Below, one piece after another: positions 25,601-38,114 of a DNA stretch of 64,000 nt. The stretch spans positions 248,001-312,000 of the forward strand of contig CDMY01000488.1 in the NCBI GenBank assembly GCA_001179505.1, given 5' to 3'. Source of the stretch: Vitrella brassicaformis CCMP3155 (lineage: Eukaryota > Protista > Chromerida). The notes below the pieces were generated by a model that saw nothing but the letters and a program-made list of their open reading frames with translations, was not told the DNA's origin and ran no database searches. Made by a program: the position numbers and the translations under genes. Positions within the stretch are counted from its first letter, which is position 1. Every line of letters starts with the position of its first letter.

Positions 25601-26029
25601 CAGTCACCGACTTCCGCATTGCAAATCCATCCATCCACCAGTCAGTCGCAAAGTCGCTGCCCTCCCCTCGTCCCTGGCTCAGGCAGGCAGCTGTATACAA
25701 CTCAGCACCAGTCAGTCTATAGGCAGACCAGACCAGCGAAAAACGCCACACACATACACACGGAGACGCAGGCGACCAATCCATCCATCGCATCTGCGAA
25801 CGTTGATCTGATCTGCTGCCTGGTGTGGTGGTGGTGTACTCATTATACACACATCCATCCACCAACACTCTAGACAAATGAGTACAGACAGTGGGCGGCA
25901 GGCAGATAGGGCACGAACGTAGGAATGCACACATCGACGCCAATTTGACCAACCGATTGCGTCACAACACTACACACCCATCCTTGACCCGCATCAGCCC
26001 TCCAGCAAACGTCTCGCGTCTGCCATCCG

Positions 26030-26060
<31 letters not shown>

Positions 26061-26072
26061 GTCGTTAATCCG

Positions 26073-29000
26073 TCACGCATCTGTCCTCTCGGTGCCCCCA
26101 TACCGCTCCAGCAACGCCTCCAGGTCCTCCTGCGTCTCAATGGTCGACCCAGATGCCTCGCCCACCACCTGCCCCTCACGCAACACCACTACGCGCCCAC
26201 AACCCCTGCACACACACACACACGTACCAAGCAACAAAACGATGCATCCAATGGATCGTCGACACGAGTGTGGTGAGCGTACCTGAGCGCATCGGCGTGG
26301 TGGGCCACGACTATGATGGTGCAGTGCGGCAGCACGCTCGACAGCAGGGGGACCGGACCTTCGTATGACGTGGTCCCTCCTTGCCCCTTCTGCTTCTGCA
26401 GGCACTGCTGCTCATCTGGTGCTGCTGGTGTGGTGGGGGTGACCAGGAGAGGCGGCTCGTCGACCAGGATGAGCCGGTAGCTGGACGATTGCAGCAGCAG
26501 GCGCCCGACGGCCAGCTGGTGCAACTCTCCATCTGCAACCACACAAGAGAATGCACTCACGGCTCTCCCTTTGCTGGAGCACTCACCAGAGAGAGCTTTC
26601 TCCTGCGTGGTAGTAGTGATGCCGTCGTCACTCTCAACACGCTCTGCGGACGGCGGCATCTTGTCCTTGCTCTCTCTCTTCTGGTTGTCGTCCAGGGGGC
26701 TCCGCCATATGACCGTCTCGAGCTGGTGCGGCAGCTTCCGGACCACACTGTCTAGGCTGCACTGGTGGACTGCATGCCACAGGGCCTCCGTCGAGTGTTC
26801 ACCCTGCACACAAGGACACACAAACATGAGACACACAAGGATAATGCATTGACGTCTCATGCACTGCGCCCACCGTCGGGTCGAGGAACTGTCTGACGGT
26901 CCAGCCCCTGAACACCAGCGGCGCGTTCGGCAGCACCCCCACCACGGCCCTCATCTCACCGCCCCACTCGTCCGCCCCTCTGTCGCCTATACGCAGCTCC
27001 CCGCCACTCACAGGCACCAGCCCGACCAGCGTCGAGAGAAAGGTGGTCTTGCCCGCGCCAGTGCGGCCCACCAGGCCCACCCTCTCCCCTCTGTCGATTG
27101 TGAGGGTGACGTTGCGGAGGGCGGGTGGGAGTGAGGGGCGGTGCCTGACTTCTACGCTGCGAAAAGTGACGGTGAGGCCCTGTTGCTGCTGCTGGTGGTG
27201 TGTGTGGGAGAGGGGGAGGGGGGAGGCGGTGGTGTGGGTGTGAGCGGTGGGGCCTTTCTCGATGTCTGATGACGTGGGCGTGGCGGCCTGGTCGTCCTTG
27301 TCGGCCTCTTGGTGCTTCTGCTGGCTTGTGGTGTACTCCTGAGAATGAAAGAAAGCACAAAGATGCTATGGGGTGACTGTGTCTCTCTATCTCTCCTCTG
27401 TGATGACCTGTATCCTTTCAAGCGAGCACATCTGTTTCTCCAGCTCCACCGCCTGAGTGATGAGGTTGCCCACATTGCCGGACAGCGCCAGTGTGAAGGA
27501 CAGCGCCACACCGACCCACCCAGCGTCCTGCACAGCACACGTGCAGATATCTCTCTGCCCCTCTACTGGTGGGTAATTGGTGGTGATGGTGAGCTGGCGT
27601 ACCCCTCCCTTGGAAGATCCCGTGAGCTGGAATATCACCGGCAGCACCGTGGTCAGCATCGTCAACGGAAACATCAGCAGCTGAAGACGGAACTGGAGCC
27701 ACACCATCGCCCTGCACACACACACACACATATACGTGGTTCTCTTTCCCCCTCTCTCTCTGCCCCTCCAGTTGGTTCACTCACCCGGCCAGCAGCAGCT
27801 TGGTGCGCTGGTACATGTCAATCCTATACAGCGCCCTGGCCCCGTGTTGCGGCACCAGCTGCAGCGCCCTCAGTGTGGGGGCGCCCGTCATGGCCTCGCT
27901 AAACACCGAGAACACCTGCGATGTGCGGCCGAGGGCGCCGCGCTGAAGCTCACTGGATGTTGGGAACACACAACACACACACGAGGGATTGTGTGTTCGG
28001 GTGGTGAGGGGAAATGTGCACCCACCGGTTGGCGCCCCTGTAGATGAGGTACAGCCACTTGTAGAGGGCCCACAGGATGAAGGGCAGCAGCGGCAGGCAC
28101 CACCAGCTCGTCGCCGACACCATCACCAGCTGAACATGGCAAAAGAAGATACAGGTATGTGTGTGTGTGTGTGGATGTGTGTGTCTGCCTACCGATAGCA
28201 CGAAGTAGACGACGCCCCCGAACACGATTCCGATCTGCCGCACGATCGTGTGGTCCACACAGAACATGTCGCTGCTAAATCTGCGAAGAAAGAAGAGATC
28301 ACACGCCATGCAGACGGCACCTCACGTGGTCATCTCGCCCTCCCCGGCCGTCACCTGTTGAGCGTCCGGCCGACCGTCGTCTGGTCGTGGAAAGCGAGCG
28401 ACGCCGCCATGGTGCCGCCGAGTAGGTCGTGGTGCAGCCGATTCATCGCCACTATCTGCCCGGCCGCCTCGCTCCCGTATCCAGCGAAGTTGGAAAAGAC
28501 GTTGAGGGCAACCAGCCTGACACACACCCATCCATATGTCTGTTGATCTGTGTGTCTGTGTGTGTGTGTGTGTGTGGTGCGCACCCGATATAGACATTGA
28601 GGCGGTAGACCTGCATGTCGACCTCCTGCTGAGTGGGGTTGGCGCCCTGCTTCTCCGCCCCGCTGGTCCAGTAGGCGATCCACCAGTTGCAGGCCTGATC
28701 GCTGACACCGATGCCCACCACAGCCACCAGAATGGCGCCCACCAGCCACCAGCCGATCCGACGGAAAAACCTGACACACACGGGGCATTTGCAGTGGTGT
28801 TGTGTATAAGGGTTATGGGGGTGATTCTCTTCTCCCTTCTGACCAGAGGTAGCAGCTGAGCCCCACAACGCCCTTGAACCTGAAGTCGTCATCCATGGCG
28901 GTCTCCCCGCCGTCCTGGGTGCGATCCTGCTGCTGGTTGTCCTTGTCCGTGGGCTGGCACATGAGAGCCGACTCCCAGAAGCCGAGCATGTGGGTGGAGG

Positions 29001-30369
29001 TCTCCCTGGAAGATGGCGACGTGCTGCCATTGCCATTGCCGTTGTTGCTGGCGCCGTGATCGCTGGTGCTGTCCATTGAGCTCCGTGTGGGGTTGCTGCA
29101 GCACACATACACACACATCGATGCCCGGAGCGGCGGGCGGTTATGGTGCGTTCCTGACCTGACGATGGTCTTGCGGCTCCTGAGCGTGGCGCTCGACGGT
29201 GAGCTGCTGATGTCGGCCACGGTGGTCATGTCGCTAAGCGTCCGGTCGTATGACGAGCGGTGGTACCTCTCGTAGTACTCGTCGCACGACGATGACCACA
29301 CGACAGACGACCCTCCCCCGCCCCCTCCCCTCTCGCCCGCCCCCAACACTATCACGTGCAGGCTGGCGGCGCCGTCGATTGTCTGCGTCTGTGTGTTGGT
29401 GTGGTTGTAGAACTGGTGGAACGAGTCGGGGTCGATCGTGATGATGGTGGCCGAGTCGGCCAGCAGGCCGCCCGGGCCCAGCAGCGACTGCCAGATCTGG
29501 TAGCCCACCTTCGGGTCAAACGACCTGTCGAGACAGATTGAGGAGAGTGACATACGCGCTGGGTGTGTGTCGTGGGGTGTGCGTGGGTGTGTGAGGGAGT
29601 TGTATCTCACTGACTTGAAGGTGTCGTCGAGGAGGAAGTATGACGCCTTGGCGTCGTAGAGTGCCCTCGCGAGCGCCACACGGACGCGCTGCCCAGCCGA
29701 GAGGGAATGCCCGCCCTCATCCACCTCACGCAAGTCCCCTGCACCAACCACAACGCACCATGCATGGGTCGTGATGGCCATCCCTTTCTCTCCTTGGCAT
29801 TCCTACCATTGGGCCATTCCTGGAAGTCATGCGTCAGAGCGCACGCCTCGATCACCCGCTTGTAGCGCACGGCGTCCCATGGCCGGCCGAGGACGATGTT
29901 CCACCGGATGGTGCCGCCACACACCCACACGCACTGCGGCGCGAAACCCACTGGCGAGGCAGCGTAGGCCATGTCACCGCCACCACCACTGCTACTGCTC
30001 ACGGGGAGGGACCCGTCGGCCGCTGTCCAGCATGACCCTGGCACACCACACGGGGATGCGGGTGGATGCCTGTGTGTGATGGTGTTGCGGATCGGGTGTG
30101 CGTACCTTCTATGAGAGGGATTTCCCTCAGCAGAGCGGCAACCAGGGTGGACTTGCCGCTGCCGGGGGGGCCCATGACCACCAGGCACTCGCCCCGACGC
30201 ACCACCATGCTCAGACGCTCCAAGCGGAAGGATAACAACGCTCCACTGGTTGGTGTCGGTTTGCCGTCCTGTCTCCTCCCGCCGCTGCTGCCGCCGTTTG
30301 CAGCAGATGGCCAGGCAAAGCAGGCGCCCCGCAAGTAGACACGCATATCGTCTTCTACCTGAAAACGCG

Positions 30370-30403
<34 letters not shown>

Positions 30404-32508
30404 TACAAAGTGCACAAAGGGGATATATGGACCTCCTTGGTCGCTGCCAGTGAGTACCTGTGTGAGGGGTCTGCTGACGGTCCGCTCGCTAAGCCCCTCG
30501 GTGGGCGAGAGCGGCTCCTCTTCCCCAGGACTGCCGTTGCCCTTGTCATGCTCCTTCTTGACCACCGCACTCTCGCCGAACACCTTCCACAGCCCCTTCA
30601 TCACCGGCAGCCACGCGTCACCCTTGCCCTTGCCGTCGCCGTCATCACCGTACGATGACGGCTGCCCGCCGCCCCTTGGCTTAGCAGAGGGGGCGGCGAG
30701 GTCTAGTGCGGTCTCCAGCCGTGCGAGTGCGATGGTGCCTTCGATGAGTGTGCGGATCATCTGTGGGATGGACATGACGGGGCCGATCATCTGGCCCAGC
30801 AGGTGCATCGTCGGGATGGCCACCGACGCCTTGAGGGCAAAGGAGGGGTCGCCGCCCTGATTGATGGAAACCAAGGCGCAGAGAGCATTTGGTGGTCGTT
30901 CGTGGCTGGATGGATGGATGGCTGCTTACTCGGACTTTGGCGAGGCTGGCGTAGGTGAACATGACGAGGGTGACCATTGTGGTGGCGAGGCCTGCACAAA
31001 CAGGCAGCATGAACACCAAGTGAGCACCCGTATTGTCTGTCTCTTCTGTCACTCCATGCAGGTCAGCTTGCTTACGGACACACGCCCCCAGCCAGGCCGC
31101 CGTGTACTCGTAGTAGATCTTCCGCCTGAGCATCTGCACCTCATTGGCACGTGCCGCCCGAACGTGGCTCTCAGCCACACCCTCCCTGCACCACACAGAC
31201 AAGACAGATGGGCAGGCACCAAAATGTTGCCCTTTTCCAATTCGTGTCAGTGTGTCGTTCTTCTCACCATCCCAGTAGCTTGATCAGCCGCAGATTCTGA
31301 AGCGTCTCGCGACATCGCTCTATCCGAATGTCCCGGCGCGCCTGACAGGCAAACGACGCGAGTCGACACAGACACACATACGTGGCCACATGCGGGCTCT
31401 CGCTAGTGCATGCTTGCGCACCATGTATGGGTCTCGCAGCTGTCCGTTCCGCCTCTCCAGCAGCGCGATAATGATGCACAAGACTATCAACACACCCACA
31501 CCGGGCGCAGCAGCGTGACCCACCTGCACACACACCAACACTCTCACGGTCAGGTGCCTGCCTTGCCGTGGGTGAGAGTGTCCCATTGTCACCTGGACGT
31601 CCAGGACGTAGGCAGTGACGGCAATCTGGAAGGGCAGCACCAGTATCTCAGGTCCCAGCAGGATCAAAGTCTCAACGGTCTCGATGTCCAGCTGCACCAG
31701 ATTGAACACATTCACGCTGTCAGAGCTCTTGGACGACGACCGCTGCTGTTGCTGCTGCTGCCGCTGGTCGCTATCTGACTCGCTGCCGCTGCTGCTACTG
31801 CTGCTGCCGTTGTGCAGGGGTTTCTCGACAAGGTGTTTGAAGAGGGCTGCGGTGAGGGCTGTCCGTATCCTGATGGTGACGCGGGCCTTCCAGAAGTTGT
31901 AGTGGTTGTTGCCGAAGATGGACACCAGCTGGATGGCTATCATGGCCACACATATCAGCGTGCCTGGTAGGGAGAAATTCACATTCATCGTCTGCCTGTG
32001 ATTGAGTGTGTTTCTTTACTGTGTGCTTGTGATCCAGCCACGCATCTCACTCACCAACGACCCAGGTGGGAGCGTCCTCGTCGCTGCCAGCCTCCTTGAA
32101 CTGCAGGAAGGCCTTCAACGTCAGGAGGTTGACGTACTCCAATGCAGTAAACAGCACCTTGAGCACCAGAATCAGCAGCAGCTGCCACCCATAAGCCGCC
32201 AGCACCACGCGCATCACAGGGTACCGCCTCCTGCGCTCCCTCGCCCTCCTCTCAGACAATGAGATTGCCGTCTGCTGGCGGTAGTGGTCGATGGCCTTGG
32301 CCATCTTCCTCGCATTGGCTGCCGTTTCGTCATGTTTGTCCAGCAGGGGCAGCCACCGCTCATCAATGTCGCCTTGAGCCGAGCGCCGCAGGTAGGGAGT
32401 GCACCAGCAGAAGAAAAGCCGTGAGAGCACGGGGGCGCTGTCGGCGCTGGGGTACGGCGCGCCGGAACTGCTCGGGCTATCTGATGCATTCGGCATGCGA
32501 TTGGACAT
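26073..32508 (-). CDS. ABCC: ABCC (MRP-like) full-length ABC transporter, TMD-NBD-TMD-NBD
   Basis: Lasso-like start SAPVLSRLFFCWCTPYLR. NBD1 Walker A GPPGSGKST, AYAASPVGFAPQ, WNIVLG, LSAGQRVRVALARALY, LLDD. TMD2 FHDQTTVGRTLN|RFSSDMFCVD. NBD2 Walker A GRTGAGKTT, FLDP, LILVDEP, IVVAHH. About 20 introns. Confidence 0.92.
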
Positions 32509-32525
32509 GGCCTTTTTGGCTTTTG

Positions 32526-32550
32526 TTAGGGTTTAGGGTCCAGGGTTTGA
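32526..32550 (-). promoter_or_regulatory. Telomere-like repeats (TTAGGG TTTAGGG TCCAGGG) 18 nt upstream of the ABCC ATG
   Basis: + strand ttagggtttagggtccagggtttga. The minus strand contains AAACCCTAA. Confidence 0.35.
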
Positions 32551-33810
32551 GAAAAAATTCTCGACAAGAGACGTGCCCCCAATCTCCCCTTCTGCCAGCT
32601 GCCCGTCACACTCGATAGCAAACAGGTGGGCAGATGAGCGCGGGGCGGGTGGGTGACACTCATCGGTCTGTCTGTCGTGTGGGGGTCTGTGTAGGCGTAT
32701 TTGGCCGACGCGCGTGTGGTGGCGCTGTGGAAGATGATGTGTCGACACGTCAACTTCGGCGGAAACTACAGCCGTTTTGAGCTGTTCGACCAGCCGGGCG
32801 GCGGTGTGCGCGCCTCCGAGACCGGCCGGGCTTCGAGGTGGACGTCAACCCCCCCCTCCCCCCCACCCACCCGTACCAGCCACACATCATCTACGACCAC
32901 CCGCCCGTCAGGTCTCGAATCGAGCGGCAGGGGGGCAGCTGGACGGCCAGTGGTGATGCGCTCACTTACGCCTCGGCGTCGGCGTTCATCATGAGCATAA
33001 TCATGCGCCCTCCACTGGCCAATCTGGGCTGGACTCCTGGGGTTTACGCGGACCGGTACGAAGCAACACCACACATACACGTTCATCCGGATCGATGGGT
33101 ATCTCCTCTGTATTTGTGTCTTCAGGAATGCTCACGGCGGTGTGCTGGACGGTCTCCTGACCCACTCGCCCCACCAGCCGCCCGGCGGATGCACGGCCGT
33201 CGTGGCGGGCAGGTGGGACGATGGCGATCCCCCTTCTGAGTTTCGGTTTCTGCTCCTGACGTCATTCGACATGCCATTCGCCGCCTGTACCATTCTCGGC
33301 AGCAGTGTCGACACGAACAACGGTGAGGAAGAGATAGCAGATCTTCTGTGCTGATGAAGCCATTGTTTGGCGTGTGCTGTTCGCTGCCTGCAGTGCTTGT
33401 GCGTGTTGTCACCAACGAGCCACCAGTAGTTGCTGCATCGGCTGCCCTTCTTAAGGACCGCCGGCCCGCTACCGTCCCTCTGGTGGGCGGCGCGTTGGGC
33501 AGCCCCATCGCAGACATGGCTCTCAGCCAGCCGGAAGAGGAGGAAGATGATGAGGGTGGGTGTGCAGCCGGCTGCCTCTGTCTCTGTGTGTCGGATGAAT
33601 CGGTGTGTGTGTGTGTGTGTTGTCGTTGGGCTCATTCGTATTTCTGCGGTGTGTGTCTATCTGTGCAGATATGGATGGCAATGGCAATGGCAATGGCGAT
33701 GGCCAGCACCAGCAGGAAGTGGATGGTGTACGGGTGGAGGATGGCCAGGAGGACAAGAGTAGTCGCATCCACACAGCTAGCGGCCCCATCTGGCGCATCC
33801 ATGTAGTTTT
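32551..33810 (+). pseudogene. 5'-truncated, frameshifted member of the lineage-specific family also encoded at 55.2-56.7 kb
   Basis: Exons NLPFCQLPVTLDSKQ|AYLADARVVALWKMMCRHVNFGGNYSRFELFDQPGGGVRA[-1]RDRPGFEVDVNPPLPPTHPYQ...HPPVRSRI...|...LLTHSPHQPPGGCT...|VLVRVVTNEP. These match CQLPV..RHINFG..VRAIRDQDGFE..DPPTRSPI..LSQSPHTPVEGC..VLAETTEP in the 55-56.7 kb gene. In-frame TGA at 32548-32550 with no upstream ATG. One-nt loss at 32814/32815. Confidence 0.7.
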
Positions 33811-34162
33811 GACAGATACATACGTTTGCCTTGATGTGTCCGTCCATGTGTGTGATGTGTCCATGTTTTGTGTCTGCATACCAACGGTTGGATTGGTGAG
33901 TCGGTCAAATGAATCGGGGTGTGTGTGTGTGTGGTCTGTGTGGTGTGTCCAGCCCGTCTCTCTGCCTCTCTCACTCGGATGTGGTGTTGTGTGTGTGTGT
34001 GTGTGTGTGCAGAGAATGAGGGTGAAGGGGAGGAGGGTGAGGGGGACGGCCACGAGGAAGTGGCAGAGGTAGATAGATAGATAGCGCAGCGCCGCCTCGG
34101 TGCATCTGCGAGACAGACAGACGTAGCCCTACACACCGGACTTATCGATCCCAGACATACAC

Positions 34163-34193
<31 letters not shown>

Positions 34194-34490
34194 AGTCGCC
34201 CCACCCCCTACACCACACCACACCACACGCGTCTCCCACGAAGGTTTGCCCATCTGATCCAATAGATCTGATCCGTCTGAGAGAATGTGAGTGAATGCAA
34301 GCGCTGCGTGACACACAAGTCGCTGTTTTCGCTCGTGCTGCGCCGGCTGTACGTATATGTGCGTGGCTGTATATGTGCGAGGGTGTCGATGGTGGGTGGG
34401 TGGCATGGCGTGTGAGAGGGCGGGAGAGGGACTATAGCTGGTGGATGCATTGCATTGACGGATGGATGGACGGATGGCCACATCGATGGA

Positions 34491-34573
34491 TTCCTGCGGT
34501 ATGCGTCAACCACTCCCGACACGGGCAGGCGGTGCCGACAAGGCGTACGCAATGGTGTCTGTCTGTCTGTCCC
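34491..34573 (+). repeat. ~80-bp dispersed repeat (copy 1), intron-like
   Basis: ttcctgcggtatgcgtcaaccactcccgacacgggcaggcggtgccgacaaggcgtacgcaatggtgtctgtctgtc is nearly identical to the reverse complement of 55243-55328. Confidence 0.85.
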
Positions 34574-34903
34574 GCCTGATCGCTGCCTGCATTTTGTATT
34601 TCGACGTACGTCTGTGTCTTTGCAACTTGTTGGGCTGTGTGCAGACTGACTGAGACATGACATGGTCACTTGATTCACTCGTTGAAGCGCGTGTGGGTGG
34701 GCAACGTCCCGTCTATCTCGTGTGTACAAAATTGATGTCCGTCTGAGTAATGCAACCATCGCATGCACGGCCATTGACTAGTGCCAAATGTCAACCATCA
34801 ATCAATCACATCACATCAGCCCCTCCCCCCTCCCATGACCTCACGGCTGACATCAACCGAGGGGCCACCCACCCCCCCATCCACACACTCGCCCACACGC
34901 AAT

Positions 34904-34948
<45 letters not shown>

Positions 34949-35113
34949 GGTCATGCAGATCATTCCATGCCTACGTGAGTGGTAGTTGGTGGCACCCACG
35001 CAGTAGCGTGTGGCTTGTATGGAGTACTCGATGAGCGATCGAATTGCTCGCCATCCATCCATCCATCCGAATGAATGTGGCTGCGTAGCTGGCTGGCTGG
35101 CTGGCTGCACAGG

Positions 35114-35413
35114 NNNNNNNNNNNNNNNNNNNNNNNNNNNNNNNNNNNNNNNNNNNNNNNNNNNNNNNNNNNNNNNNNNNNNNNNNNNNNNNNNNNNNNN
35201 NNNNNNNNNNNNNNNNNNNNNNNNNNNNNNNNNNNNNNNNNNNNNNNNNNNNNNNNNNNNNNNNNNNNNNNNNNNNNNNNNNNNNNNNNNNNNNNNNNNN
35301 NNNNNNNNNNNNNNNNNNNNNNNNNNNNNNNNNNNNNNNNNNNNNNNNNNNNNNNNNNNNNNNNNNNNNNNNNNNNNNNNNNNNNNNNNNNNNNNNNNNN
35401 NNNNNNNNNNNNN
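35114..35413. other. Assembly gap (300 N), intergenic
   Basis: N run followed by a G run. Confidence 0.95.
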
Positions 35414-36250
35414 GGGGGGGGGAGGAGGGATATCTACACACCACACCCATCTCAGCTATGTACCATGCAGACATCCACAGGGAGGGACATACACTTAACC
35501 GATCAGCGGAGAGAGAGCAAAAAAGGCACACACGCACAGAGCACAGACCACGAAGGCACGAAGGAAGCACGGAAGCAAGCCATTTATATAAGTGACAACA
35601 GCACAGGCAACGGGCCGGGGTGGGGGTGGGGTGGGGCGTAGGGATGAGAGAGCGATCGACGCACGTGTGTGATGCAGCAGGCACCGAAACACACTCATGT
35701 GCGCCTTGCCTGCGCAGGGAGAAGGCGGGCCTCTCTCTTTTGGAGGCCGGTGGTTGGTGGCATGAAGGAGGGAGTTCTGTACAGCAGTGAGTAGTAGATA
35801 GGTACATACGGTAGGTAACCAGGGAGGGCTGTACACATACAAGATCAACGCACTGCCGGAATAGCAACCCTCAAACCACACAAACACACACAGAGACACA
35901 CACACACACAAACGTTTGAGGCAGTACGGTACGAACGGGAAAACGAAAATGAATGCGATTGATTTGATACAGTCGCGTCGCTATTGGGGAGGGAGGCTAT
36001 CTACGCAGGGAGGCGAGAGGTACTTACGCTGTGCAAAGGAGCTCACTTTTAGCCCCCTCTCTGTCCATCCATCCATCCATCAGGCAGTCAGTCAGCCAGT
36101 CAGCGGATCGATCAGTCATTGACAAACACTGTTATGTACACGCCACAACCGCTTACACACACCACCCCCCACCCCCACTCCCTCCCCTGCCTACGGCACA
36201 CAGCCAAAAATCAAAACCCATGCCATGTGCGATGTGCGATGTGCGATGCG

Positions 36251-38079
36251 CTACGGCGAGGTCTCCTCCAGCCGGCCGAACCGCTCGTAGTGTCCCTTGA
36301 CAAGGGTCGAGATGGTGCCCTTTCTGACGAGGTTGGCCATCTCGATCTGGGAGGTCTTGATGGTGCTGGTGACGTTGGTGTGCCACATGTAGTTTGTCTG
36401 CCACTCGGAGGCGTTGAGGAAATACTTGAGGGCCGCCAGCGCAAACAGCGGCATGAAGATGGCGTAGCCCAACGTAAGATGACACAGCCTAATGCGCGCA
36501 CACACACGAAGAGACAGGGAGGGAGGGACATGGCCACTTGCAGGGGAAGCCCACCTGACTGTCTCGACGATCATGGGCTGCATGGTGAAGTCGATCCAGC
36601 CCTCAAAGTAGCCCACCGTCTCAACCGCAGAGTGCGCCAGCGTCCACAGCACCATCAGCACCGCAGCCAGGCCGCCCAGCAGCTCGCCGAAGGTCACCTC
36701 CATCGTGAACAACACGGCCGCAAACAATGTGCCCGTCACGATCCACCCTGACCACCCAACACACACACACGCGCACACACACGTGAGACGGCAGATCTGT
36801 GTGTGTGTGTGTGTTGGGGAGGGTCTCTCCGTACCGATGAATCGCAGCAGCGGCATGACGCGCGCAAAGGCGGTGGGCCAGGTGCCGTATGTGAGGGTGA
36901 ACCTGGTGTGCTCTCCCCGTGCGGCCAGCATGAGACCCATCAGCAGGCACCCCGTCATGACGATTGGGGGGGCCAGCTGGTTGAACAGATACATGTCTCG
37001 CCGGCTGCACACACGAATACATCGACAGGGGAATGGCGTCCTTGGGTTTGGGTTTGGCGGCTTACAAGGCGGTGGCGGTGAAGATGCAGAGGGCGAGGAG
37101 GAGGAAGCGCATGTTGCGCACGAGGATGATGAGCCTGTTCTGCCGCAGGGCCTTGCACCGCCCGTTCATCTGCAGCCGCCACCAGCCCCACCACGACTCC
37201 TGCGGATCAGTCACCCCCTGCAACACACACAGAGACACGCACACACACACAGACACGCCCACGCCGATTCCTCTCGCTCTCGCTCTCCCTTTGTGTGTGT
37301 GTGGTGCGCACCTGTGAGATCATCCACCTCTGCCACAGCCGGAGGTCCTCCACGAGTCTGCTCCAGGCAAACCCGAGAGGGTTGTATAAGAAGGGCATAT
37401 ACAGCCAGCTGATGGCCACAATCCAGAAGAACCACGTCCGCGCGGCATTCACCGGCAGGAACGACTGGCCACCCTGCACACACAACACACAACACAGCCT
37501 CCATGGCCGTAGCACCGCGTGTGCGTGTGCGTGTGTGACCCTCCCTCACCGAGTAGAAGATGAGCAGCAGCAGCAGCTCCACCGCCGGCTGCCAGTGTGA
37601 GTAGAAGTACATTTGCCATATGTGCCGGAAGTCCTTGTGGGCGATCTGCAGCCCGCGACCGGCGTTCTGGTACTTGGCACGGCCGTACAGCATCGTGTCG
37701 TCGAAGGCCGTTGTCCATGTGCCAACTAAGCATACACACACACACACACACGCACAAAGGGAGAGAGAGAGGTGGGGAAGGCGTTCTTCTCTCTCAGTGT
37801 CTGCTTCACTTGTGAATGTGAAGTGCAGGATGGACAGCGATTTGATGTGGTAGAGGAGGTGCTGCCACCCCCGTGCGATCCCCTCCTCGACGGCGATCAT
37901 TGCGAAGAACTTGACGTAGAAGAAGACGAAGAGCCCCAGCGATATGTGGTCCATCATGCTCCACTGCTTGCTGTCCCAATTCACCAGCACCTCGTTCATC
38001 GCGTCACTCGTAGTAACTACACCCACCACACACCAACACACAAACAAAGCGCCGTCAGCCGTGGTCTCCCTCTCCCTCT

Positions 38080-38114
<35 letters not shown>

